Below are positions 37,871-46,179 of a stretch of DNA of 64,000 nucleotides, piece after piece. The stretch covers positions 65,360-129,359 of the IMG/VR virus record IMGVR_UViG_3300006880_000001; one strand, written 5' to 3'. This DNA is from a virus. The notes under the pieces were generated by a model that saw nothing but the letters and a program-made list of their open reading frames with translations, did not search any database and was not told the origin of the DNA. A program made the position numbers and the translations under genes. The stretch's first letter is position 1, and every line of letters begins with the position of its first letter.

Positions 37871-38095
37871 CTACCCACACCGGATCCGCGTCGCGCTCTC
37901 CCACCAGTCCGTGCAGTAGTTCTGCGGTGGGCAGGGGATGAGGTTCGTCCCCGCCCACGCCTGGTAGTAGCGGTTGTAGCAAGAGCCATAGCGACCCCCG
38001 GTGGGGCGGTAGAACTTGCAGGAGGCGCAGTTGGCGCCGCCGTCCGGGACGACAACCCCTGGTTGGTGGCTTCGCGGGAGGAAGAAGCGACCCAT
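37871..38095 (-). CDS. Small Cys-rich (HiPIP-like pattern) protein
   Basis: CASCKFY...SC...YCTDW; GGAGGT RBS. Confidence 0.55.
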   Translation of the reverse strand: MGRFFLPRSHQPGVVVPDGGANCASCKFYRPTGGRYGSCYNRYYQAWAGTNLIPCPPQNYCTDWWESATRIRCG

Positions 38096-38110
38096 CTGAG
38101 GTACCTCCGG

Positions 38111-38938
38111 TCAGGGTTTGATGAAGCGCAGGCCCAGGTACCGGACCACGTAGTCGTAGATCGACGTCGCCTCGGGGATGGCCGGATTCTTGGTGTAGCC
38201 CATGGGCTCGAAGCGGGCGCCGGCGAAGCGTGCGACGAGATCCTCCACCGTGGTCCCGGTCTGAAGCCCGATGGACACCATCTTCGCCCATCCGTCGACG
38301 AGCGCGCCCAGGGTCGAGCCCTCCTTGGCGATCCGGAGGAAGATCTCACCTGGGGTCATGTCCTCGTAGAGCCCCACGATCAGATAGCCCTCGCAGTTGG
38401 CGATCGTGAACTTGTGGGTGATGCTGAAGCGCTCGGGTGGCATGTGGCGCCGTGCGCGCGGCGCGGGCGTCGGGGTCTGTGGTGCCACCTCCAGCGTCGG
38501 CTCCTGGGTCTCGGCCTCGGTCTCGTCGGCCAGGGGAACGATCTTGAGGAGGGCTGCGTCGGCAGGAGCCATGGGCGTGTCCTTTGGGTAGAGGTGCTGG
38601 AACAGGTTGCAGAGATCGTCCAAGAGTTGGACGTCGCGTTCGATGTGGTACTCGACCTTCTGCACGGCGATCACGACCGTCGTGTGGTGCCGGTTCCCGA
38701 AGGCGCGGCCGAGCTCGGGGTAGCTGAGCCGCGTGAAGCGCCGTGCGAGGTACATCGCGACGGCGCGGACGTACGTGATGTTGTGAGCCCGTGACGGACC
38801 GACGATGGGACCGACCGTCGTTCCGTAGAAGGCGGCGACCGTCTTCAGGATGGTCGGCACGGTGAGAACCGGACGTGGCGTGTGGTTCTCTTGCACCTTC
38901 CGGTTCCCAAAGCTGCGAAGACGGTGGAGAGACGTCAT
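38111..38938 (-). CDS. Fusion of DnaA domain IV HTH and NrdJ-type TSCPD domain
   Basis: R.VAMYLARRFTRLSYPELGRAFGNRHHTTV (DnaA C-terminal) and ERFSITHKFTI...GEIF...KEGST...SIGLQ.G...FEP.G...TSIYDY (class II RNR C-terminal domain). Confidence 0.8.
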   Translation of the reverse strand: MTSLHRLRSFGNRKVQENHTPRPVLTVPTILKTVAAFYGTTVGPIVGPSRAHNITYVRAVAMYLARRFTRLSYPELGRAFGNRHHTTVVIAVQKVEYHIERDVQLLDDLCNLFQHLYPKDTPMAPADAALLKIVPLADETEAETQEPTLEVAPQTPTPAPRARRHMPPERFSITHKFTIANCEGYLIVGLYEDMTPGEIFLRIAKEGSTLGALVDGWAKMVSIGLQTGTTVEDLVARFAGARFEPMGYTKNPAIPEATSIYDYVVRYLGLRFIKP

Positions 38939-40602
38939 AGGTCCCCGATCTCGATGTAGAGCCCCTCGCGCTTGGCCTGCTCCTTCTTCTCCTCGGCCGC
39001 CCTGTCGACGGTCTTGCCGCCTGGCAGAGCGGTCAGCCCCTTCGGGGACTTGGGCCAGAGCGCGAAGGTCTTGTGGCCATCGGCAGCGCCTTCCTGGACG
39101 ATGAAGTGCGTCTTGAGATGCTCCGATCGCAGCTTCTGCGAGAGCATGCGCGCCGAGCGGTAGAAGGTCTTTTGGTTTTCCTGCGCCAGCTGGTTCAGAT
39201 CCGCGTAGAGGTCGGTCACCGACTTCGGGCGGCCGACGCGGTGTGGCCAGCGCAGGTAGATGGTGAGGAGGTCGATCAGCGGATCGTTCTCGTTGGCGAG
39301 CGCTTCGGACTCGGCCTTGAGCGCCTGGAGCATGTCCTCGATCTCGGTGCGGTCCCAGTCGAGGACGCGCCCGACGAGGAAGGCCATCTGCGCGTAGTCG
39401 CCCATCCGGTTCCAGTCCGCGGCGGTCTCCGCCTCCTCCTCCCAGGCGCCTGCGCGGATCAGATCGACGATCTTGTTGCAGTAGAAGAGGTACTCGCCGA
39501 AGAGCCGCGGGCGGAGCGCGGCGAGGCGCTCGTGAAGTACGTTGTCCGGGAGCGAGGTACCGACCTCACGCTTGGCGAGGCGAAGGACGATGAGGCGTTC
39601 GGCCGTGTCCTCGCGTCGGAACGAGGCCGGGTCCTTCGAGGCGACCGCGATGAAGCTCTGCGGCCTCATCTTCACGACGGCCTTGTCGCTGTAGAGCTTG
39701 CGGCGGTCCCAACCACCGCCAGTGACGTAGCTGCACACCGCGTCGGGGATCCACTCGATATAGTTGTCGGTGTTGTCGAGGACCGTGATCGGGTTGGCCA
39801 GGAGCTGGACCGGGAAGTCCCGTTCGCCGTCCTTCGAGATCATGATGGGGTTGATGTTCCCGTGGACGACCTGTTGGATCTTGCGCGCGGCGGTCGACTT
39901 GCCGGACCCCGGAGCGCCTTCGAGTAGAAGGAGGGGCTTCGAGGCGATCAGGTCGGGGAACGCCAAGCAGAAGAGCCACGTCGTGAGGGCCATCTGCTGC
40001 TGCTCGGGCAGGATGCCACCGATCGAGTTGTCGGCGTAGCAGAGGTCGACCAGTGCGGGCAGTAGCTCGCCGTGAGGGCCGATCTCCGGCTCAGCGACGT
40101 CGCTGCCGCTGTCGTCGTCGAGGAAGAGCGCGCTGTAGCCGTTGGGCTCGCTCACGACCGTCGTGCCGTCGAGGACGCGGATCGATCCGTTCCAGCGCGA
40201 CATGTAGAGCGTGCACGACGTCCGATCGAACATGGCGAAGCGCCGCGCTTGACGCGGGACGCCGGTCAGGCAGGACGTGCGGATGGCGTTGAATGCGAGA
40301 CGGGCCCACTTCTCGGCGGGGTTGAGGCCGTAGCTGTAGTGGAGGTAGGTCGCGATCGCGATGCCTTGACCATCGAAGGAGAGGAGCTGGCCGTCGCACG
40401 TGAGCAACAGCGCTTCGTCCTCGGGCTTGGCCAGGACGAACTGCGATCCCAGCTCCAGCTCACGCGTGCGGATGTAGGCCTCGAGCTCTTGCTGCCGGTC
40501 GCGCTCGCGTTTGTCGGTGTTGCCGACGATGGCATTGATCTGAAGGCTGTCGCTACTCGCGGTGGACGAGGACGCAAAGGTACCGTATTGACCACGTGGC
40601 AT
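38935..40602 (-). CDS. SF3-like ATPase/helicase (replication initiation)
   Basis: LLLEGAPGSGKST, VLDN, R.LY, D.AER; no recognisable primase domain; likely start MPRGQ. Confidence 0.7.
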   Translation of the reverse strand: MPRGQYGTFASSSTASSDSLQINAIVGNTDKRERDRQQELEAYIRTRELELGSQFVLAKPEDEALLLTCDGQLLSFDGQGIAIATYLHYSYGLNPAEKWARLAFNAIRTSCLTGVPRQARRFAMFDRTSCTLYMSRWNGSIRVLDGTTVVSEPNGYSALFLDDDSGSDVAEPEIGPHGELLPALVDLCYADNSIGGILPEQQQMALTTWLFCLAFPDLIASKPLLLLEGAPGSGKSTAARKIQQVVHGNINPIMISKDGERDFPVQLLANPITVLDNTDNYIEWIPDAVCSYVTGGGWDRRKLYSDKAVVKMRPQSFIAVASKDPASFRREDTAERLIVLRLAKREVGTSLPDNVLHERLAALRPRLFGEYLFYCNKIVDLIRAGAWEEEAETAADWNRMGDYAQMAFLVGRVLDWDRTEIEDMLQALKAESEALANENDPLIDLLTIYLRWPHRVGRPKSVTDLYADLNQLAQENQKTFYRSARMLSQKLRSEHLKTHFIVQEGAADGHKTFALWPKSPKGLTALPGGKTVDRAAEEKKEQAKREGLYIEIGDL

Positions 40603-40654
40603 CGGTGGGCTCGTCACCTGGCGGAGGTCGATCCTTCCCGGCGAGGGGATCGAA

Positions 40655-40715
40655 CCTAGCACGGCGGGGTGACCGCAGCGGAGGTACCTCACGGTGGTCA
40701 CCCCGCCGTGCTAGG
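40655..40715. promoter_or_regulatory. Perfect 20-bp inverted repeat forming back-to-back copies of the GTCACC motif
   Basis: GGTCACCCCGCCGTGCTAGG at 40696-40715 (+) and 40655-40674 (-), between the divergent helicase genes. Confidence 0.8.
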
Positions 40716-40724
40716 GCTCGGTGG

Positions 40725-42302
40725 ATGCCGGATCGTACCTTCGAGCCGCCGCGCGTTTGGCCCAGCGACAAGGGTTCCGACTGGTTCGTCGTGGAAGGTG
40801 CGATCGAGCCTACCAAACAGCTCCTCGGGGGCTCGCCGGGCTACCGGGAGCGTCGCGGGAGGATCGAGATCCACCGGAGCCAGTTTCCTGTCGTAGGCCT
40901 TGACGCCGACCGCTTGCTCACACACCAGGTCCGCGATCCCTCGCGCGCCGCGCGGGATCGTCGGCTCGGCGTCGCGCTCTACCCGCATCAACACGTCGGC
41001 GTGGACTTCTGTGACCGGCGCCGGGGCATCCTCGTCGCCGACGAGCCCCGCACCGGCAAGACCCTCCAGGCCCTCGCCAGCCACGACCCCGCCCGCGGAC
41101 CGCTCGCCATCGTCTGCCCCCTGCACGTCCGCAGCGTCTGGCTCGGCTGGTTGGCGAAGGTGTTCCCCGGGATCGAACCGTCGATCGTCACCGGGGCCAC
41201 GTTCCGCGCCGAGGCGCTGCGGCGCCCCCTCGTCGTCGCCCACTACGACATCCTGCGGCACCACAAGGACCTCGGGGCCCACTTCGGGACGTTGATCCTG
41301 GACGAGGCCCACGCGTTGTCGCGCTTCCGGTCCGAGCGAACCCGTGCGGTCGCGCTGTGGGCGTCGCTCTCGGACCAGGTCCTGGCGTTGACCGGGACCC
41401 CGCTCTGGAACGAGGTCGCCGCACTCTGGTCGCTCCTCTCCCTCGTCGTCCCCGGCGCCTTCGGTTCGGTGCGGGACTTCGGGATGCGGTACGGGGACCC
41501 CGAGCTCACCGCGTGGGGGTGGCGCTTCGAGGGGAGCTCCAACCGTGAGGAACTGAAGGAGCGGCTCGCCGAAGTGATGCTGTACCGACGCCTCGCCGAC
41601 GTCGCGCCGACGCTGCCCCAGATCACCCAGGAGGCGATCCTGGTGCCGATCTCGCCGGACATGGCCCTCGAGATCGATCTCGCCGCCGAGGCCATGCGCA
41701 CCGGCGTGACCAACACGATCGGCGGCATGGCTCGGACGCGCCACGCGGTCGCTGCGGTCAAGGTCCCCGCAGCCGTCGATCTCGCCATGGCCGATCTCGA
41801 CCGCGGCGAACCGATCGTCATTTGGACCTGGCACCGGGACACGGCACAGGCGATCGCCAAGAAGCTCGGCAAGAAGCACCCAGCCTTCGTGGTCACCGGC
41901 GACGATTCCATCGCCAAGCGGGACGCCGCGCTGAACGCCTGGCGAGCCGTCCCCGGCGCGCTCTGCATCACCATCACGGTCGGCAACAGCGGCATCGACC
42001 TCTCCCACGCACGGCTCGCGTGCTTCGCCGAATTCGACTTCACCCCGGCGCTCGTTGGCCAGGCCAGCTACCGCACCTACCACGCGTCGCGACCGATGCA
42101 CGTCCGCTACCTCGTCGCCGACCATCCGATCGAGCAACGAATCGTCGACGTTCTCCTCAAGAAGGTGGGCCATTCGCAGGCGGTCGGCGTCCCGGCGTCC
42201 GAAGCTGCGATCGACACCCTGTCGAAGGCCTTCCTGGGAGGGGGTCAAGACGGCGAGGGCGACCTCGACCGGCTGCTCCTCGACATCCTGGCCGGCTGCT
42301 GA
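40725..42302 (+). CDS. SNF2-family helicase
   Basis: LYPHQ, VADEPRTGKT, ILDEAH, LTGTP, GIDLS, QA.YR; ATG 7 nt after the motif. Confidence 0.9.
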   Translation: MPDRTFEPPRVWPSDKGSDWFVVEGAIEPTKQLLGGSPGYRERRGRIEIHRSQFPVVGLDADRLLTHQVRDPSRAARDRRLGVALYPHQHVGVDFCDRRRGILVADEPRTGKTLQALASHDPARGPLAIVCPLHVRSVWLGWLAKVFPGIEPSIVTGATFRAEALRRPLVVAHYDILRHHKDLGAHFGTLILDEAHALSRFRSERTRAVALWASLSDQVLALTGTPLWNEVAALWSLLSLVVPGAFGSVRDFGMRYGDPELTAWGWRFEGSSNREELKERLAEVMLYRRLADVAPTLPQITQEAILVPISPDMALEIDLAAEAMRTGVTNTIGGMARTRHAVAAVKVPAAVDLAMADLDRGEPIVIWTWHRDTAQAIAKKLGKKHPAFVVTGDDSIAKRDAALNAWRAVPGALCITITVGNSGIDLSHARLACFAEFDFTPALVGQASYRTYHASRPMHVRYLVADHPIEQRIVDVLLKKVGHSQAVGVPASEAAIDTLSKAFLGGGQDGEGDLDRLLLDILAGC

Positions 42303-42356
42303 TTCTTGAGTCGTTGCTCGCACCTACGATCTAGTCGATCCGGACCGCGTGGAAGT

Positions 42357-42377
42357 GTCACCCCGCGGTGGTAAGCA
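42357..42377 (+). promoter_or_regulatory. GTCACC-N6-TGnTA motif
   Basis: GTCACC CCGCGG TGG TAAGCA, upstream of the exonuclease operon. Confidence 0.6.
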
Positions 42378-42423
42378 TGGACCCTCGTCGAATTGTCCTG
42401 TCCGTCCCGTCCGCGCGACATCC

Positions 42424-43620
42424 ATGAAGACGCCTGATCCGACGTGCCTCCTCTGTGGCGCTGCGCTCGAAGCCTATGGCGAAGGGCTGCACCTGCATCC
42501 AGACAGCGCCCTCTGCGCGGTCGTCGTGACCGATCGCTTCGGACGCTGCGTCGATGATCGATTCGAGTTTGTCGACGGGGAGATCTATGAGCGCGACGGT
42601 GCCCCGCTGATCGTCCCTTCGACCTTGATCCAGCCCATCGACGTCCTGCCCAAGCAGAAGGCGGCGACCAAGGAGTTCTCGATCGACATCGCCGAGGACC
42701 GCTTCATGCGCGTCGAGCCGGCGGTCGAGCTCTGCTTCCGCGAGGTCGGTCTCGAGAAGCTCGGCGGCGCGTCGGGCGACTACGGCTGGTCGAGCTACTC
42801 CCTGTACCAGCGCTGCCCGTACGCCTGGTTCCGCCAGCATGTTCTGGCTCGGCAGCTCGCCTCCAAGGACGCCATCGCCCTCTACGGCGACGAGCCCAAG
42901 GCGCTCTCCCTCGGCATCCTCGTCCACGTCTTCCTCGCCTGCCACTACGAGGCGATGCGCGACGACAACTTTCCGCTGCCGCCGGACCTGATGGCGCAGC
43001 AGCTCCGAGGACGCATCAACCCGGAGTTCTTCGACGAGGCGTGGCGTCTCTTCGAGGGTTACCGCAACTTCTACACCGAGGTCTCCGCCGATCCCTTCAT
43101 CCCTCTCGCGGTCGAGCATCATGTCGTCGACCCCGAGACCAAAGACTCCTGCCGCTACGACCTCGTCGCCAAGCTCGATGAGCCCTGGCAGTTCTGGCCG
43201 GAGGGGACCTACATCATCGAGCACAAGACAGCGCCACGCCGCGACCAGACCTCCCTGAACTCCTGGTTCAACGACGGCGAGATCCTCGGCCAGATGCGGC
43301 TGTGGCGGAAGCTCAAGCTCGATCGTAGGTTCGGTCCACTCCGCGGCGTCATCGTCAACCTGATCTTCAAGACGAAGGAGCTCGGCTTCGAGCGCATCTT
43401 CGTCTCACCCGATCGCTGGCAGCTGAAGTCGCACGAGTCCGATCTGAAGATGTGGCGCGCGATCCGCAGCCTGGCGATCGCGTCCGGGCACTTCCCGCGG
43501 TCGCGCGCGAACTGCGTCAACCGGTTCGGCTTCTGCCAGTTCTGGACCCACTGCGCCACCAACGACAACCCATCCGACGAGACCACGCCAGAGGGGGGTG
43601 ATGAAGCCAAAGTTGGATGA
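42424..43620 (+). CDS. Cas4-like PD-(D/E)xK exonuclease
   Basis: WSSYS.YQRCP, G.LVH, AVE, RYDLV, IEHKT, Q...W, C....GFCQF...C Fe-S pattern. Confidence 0.85.
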   Translation: MKTPDPTCLLCGAALEAYGEGLHLHPDSALCAVVVTDRFGRCVDDRFEFVDGEIYERDGAPLIVPSTLIQPIDVLPKQKAATKEFSIDIAEDRFMRVEPAVELCFREVGLEKLGGASGDYGWSSYSLYQRCPYAWFRQHVLARQLASKDAIALYGDEPKALSLGILVHVFLACHYEAMRDDNFPLPPDLMAQQLRGRINPEFFDEAWRLFEGYRNFYTEVSADPFIPLAVEHHVVDPETKDSCRYDLVAKLDEPWQFWPEGTYIIEHKTAPRRDQTSLNSWFNDGEILGQMRLWRKLKLDRRFGPLRGVIVNLIFKTKELGFERIFVSPDRWQLKSHESDLKMWRAIRSLAIASGHFPRSRANCVNRFGFCQFWTHCATNDNPSDETTPEGGDEAKVG

Positions 43621-43837
43621 AGGCTACGACATTGCCGACGGGTTCGAGTGGTGCACCCACTCCGAGTGCCGTCTGATCGGCCTCCATCCGGCGCACGTCG
43701 TTGTTCCCCGCGGTCGCCCACCATCGAAGTGCCCTGAGTGCGGCGCCATGATCATAACGAAGGGCAAGATCCGCCGCTGTGTCGCCTGTCCATGGCAGCG
43801 CGAGTACGGCAAGAAGAAACGGAGCTCCGACCGATGA
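43601..43837 (+). CDS. Zn-ribbon protein
   Basis: CPECG...CVAC. Confidence 0.55.
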   Translation: MKPKLDEGYDIADGFEWCTHSECRLIGLHPAHVVVPRGRPPSKCPECGAMIITKGKIRRCVACPWQREYGKKKRSSDR

Positions 43838-44775
43838 GGGTGATCGACATCTCGAAGCCGCAGGAACGCTGGATCATCATGGCCTATGGTGATCTTCGTT
43901 CTGGTAAGACGCATTTCGCAGCGACTTGGGAACGTCCTCTCTTCTTCTCCGACCCTACGGAGAATGGGTTCACGACCATCGGTTCGATGGACCCGAGCTG
44001 GTTCTACGACCCCAAGGTGAAGCCCCAGGTTTGGGCCTGGGACCAGTTCTCGGACCTTCCGGGCATGATCCAGAAGGCGCTGCCGCTCGTGCAGAAGGGG
44101 GAGGTCAAGACCATCGTCATCGACAGCGCGACCTACCTCTCCGAGATGCTCCTCGCGGAGCTGAGCACGCGATACAACGACACGCGCAAGCTGTACGCCG
44201 ACATGGGCAACAAGTTGCGCGAGCTCCGTCTCGCCGTGCATCGCCTGCCCTGCAACGTAGTCTGGCTCTGCCACGACCAACCGCCGGATGAACAGAACCC
44301 GACCGGTCGCCCGCAGATTCCCGGCAAGCAGGCCAAGGGCTTCGCCGGCGCCTGCGACTTCATCCTCTACCTGCGCTCGGAGGTCGTCACCAAGGGCAAG
44401 GACAGCCGCGTCACCTACGAGATGCGGACCCTGCGCTACGGCGCCTTCATCGCGGGCGGTCGCTACCGATTACCGAACCCGCTGCCGACGACGACCGCGC
44501 GTGACTTCCTGGCGCACGTCGCTGCAGCGCCGCGGGTCGCCTTCAACGTCGACGAGGTCTTCGACGAGAGCGAACCGGAGCAGACCGAGGAGGGAGCCGC
44601 CGACGCCGACGCCTCACCGCCGGGCGACGATGCCGGTCGTGAGCTGCCGATGTCGAGGAAGGCCGCCCCCGCCGCAACCCCGTCGAGACCCACAGCCCCG
44701 GCACGACCCGCGCCCGGTCCCACCGCTGCCCGTCCCATCGCCTCCACCGCCCGCCCAGCGCCAACCAAGCGCTGA
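43834..44775 (+). CDS. Sak4-like AAA_24 ATPase (phage recombination)
   Basis: YGDLRSGKTHFA, TIVIDSAT, VVWLCH, CDFILYL; lies between exonuclease and SSB. Confidence 0.85.
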   Translation: MRVIDISKPQERWIIMAYGDLRSGKTHFAATWERPLFFSDPTENGFTTIGSMDPSWFYDPKVKPQVWAWDQFSDLPGMIQKALPLVQKGEVKTIVIDSATYLSEMLLAELSTRYNDTRKLYADMGNKLRELRLAVHRLPCNVVWLCHDQPPDEQNPTGRPQIPGKQAKGFAGACDFILYLRSEVVTKGKDSRVTYEMRTLRYGAFIAGGRYRLPNPLPTTTARDFLAHVAAAPRVAFNVDEVFDESEPEQTEEGAADADASPPGDDAGRELPMSRKAAPAATPSRPTAPARPAPGPTAARPIASTARPAPTKR

Positions 44776-44819
44776 TCTGACCGTTCAACGTAAATGGAAC
44801 ACAGCACAGGAGCACAGAC

Positions 44820-45356
44820 ATGTCTTTCGTCGATCTGAACATTCAGCTGCCCGATCTGTCCGATGTCGATGCTTGGGGTGGTGGCAACCGCCCGCTCGTG
44901 CCGCCCGGTCTCTACCTCCTCGAGCTCATCGAGGCCGAGTCCAGCAGCTCGAAGAGCACGAACCAGCCGACCCTGAAGACCACCTTCCGTGTGCTCTCCG
45001 ACGGCGACGCGCACGGCATGGAGCTCCAGAAGTCCTACTCCCTGCAGGGTGACAAGTGGGTTCGGGCGCGCCTGAAGAGCTTTCTTCAGGCGATCCAGCA
45101 CCCGCTCGATCAGCCGATCACCGGCGCGATCGTCGGCAGTCGCATGTTCGCGGAAGTGACGCAGAAGCCGCTGCCGAAGCGCGACACGGATCCGCCCGAC
45201 GCCGAGGTCAAGTACATCAACGAGATCAGCAACGAGCAGGCCGAGGAGGCGATGGAGGCGGCACCGCCGCCCCCTCCGCAGCAGGCGGCCGCGCCCGCGC
45301 CGAGTCGCCGTGCGGTCAGCCGCACCAACGGCGCGGCGGCCCAGAAGACGCGCTGA
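44820..45356 (+). CDS. DUF669-like single-stranded DNA-binding protein
   Basis: LVPPGLY.LEL..AE...SK...P.LK..F.V; typical position after Sak4. Confidence 0.7.
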   Translation: MSFVDLNIQLPDLSDVDAWGGGNRPLVPPGLYLLELIEAESSSSKSTNQPTLKTTFRVLSDGDAHGMELQKSYSLQGDKWVRARLKSFLQAIQHPLDQPITGAIVGSRMFAEVTQKPLPKRDTDPPDAEVKYINEISNEQAEEAMEAAPPPPPQQAAAPAPSRRAVSRTNGAAAQKTR

Positions 45357-45372
45357 CCCGGTCGGCGTTCGC

Positions 45373-45406
45373 CTGGGGTGATCTCTCACCAGGGGGATCA
45401 CCCCAG
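45373..45406 (+). terminator. Strong hairpin after the SSB gene
   Basis: CTGGGGTGATC / GATCACCCCAG 11-bp stem; no clear U tract. Confidence 0.5.
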
Positions 45407-45674
45407 TACTCCCATTCCTCACGCTAACGAAAGCCATAATGATTTGGTCATCTTGTCAGCGTGACGTGTGTTCCGCGGGGACAACGCCCCCACAAGGGGC
45501 TTGCCGATGAAGTTCATTTGTCCTACAACGAGTAGGACGGAAGGAACCCACGAGTCGTAGACGCCACGTCTACGCCTTCCCGGGCATCGGGGGACCAGTC
45601 TGCTCGCAAGGCCGGCGCACGGCCACACCGTGCCCTGAGCCAGAACCGTCTTCACAACCACATTGGGGGGCCAC

Positions 45675-46169
45675 GTGGCGCTGCAACAGCGTCGGGCGAT
45701 TGCTACGCCCGAATCCGATCTCCTTGTTGCCGATCTCTGCCGTGAAGAGCACTGTCGCCGGATCGGGACACACCGGAAGGGTGAGTGTCGAATCGGGTCT
45801 GACGTCGTATCGAAGCGGGAGTTGATGGAGATCAACGAGGAGGCCCACACTACCGACGGTCGTACGTGCCGCTTCCGGTACAAGGCCATCGACTGTTGCA
45901 TCATCGCCTCGATCGGGCGGCACCGCGGCCTCATCCTCCGCGAGATCGTGGACCGGGTTCGCAATGACTACGGCCATATCGAACGCCGGAGCATCCTGCG
46001 CCGGATCCAGAAGCTCGCCGCCATCGACCGGATCTTCATCTACAAGAGCCCCCGCTACCCGCAGCGGCTCTACTTGAGCCACCTGTCGCCGCTCAAGAGC
46101 GATCCGGAGATGCCGCTCATCCTCGACGAGCAGATCGGCGACGCCCTGTCCGGCCTGGACCACCACTGA
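45675..46169 (+). CDS. Hypothetical protein, possible winged HTH
   Basis: LREIVDRVRNDYG.IERRSILRRIQKL....RI pattern. Confidence 0.5.
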   Translation: MALQQRRAIATPESDLLVADLCREEHCRRIGTHRKGECRIGSDVVSKRELMEINEEAHTTDGRTCRFRYKAIDCCIIASIGRHRGLILREIVDRVRNDYGHIERRSILRRIQKLAAIDRIFIYKSPRYPQRLYLSHLSPLKSDPEMPLILDEQIGDALSGLDHH

Positions 46170-46179
46170 GGGATCCCCG

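Noticed and set aside
42424-43620. Cas4-like gene as part of a CRISPR-Cas system
   Set aside because: No cas1/cas2 or array; sits in a standard exonuclease-Sak4-SSB phage recombination module.
45500-45545. Hammerhead ribozyme (CCGATGA...GTCCTAC/GTAGGAC-GGAA)
   Set aside because: Core deviates from CUGANGA and GAAA, extra bases intervene, and stems I/III are not evident.
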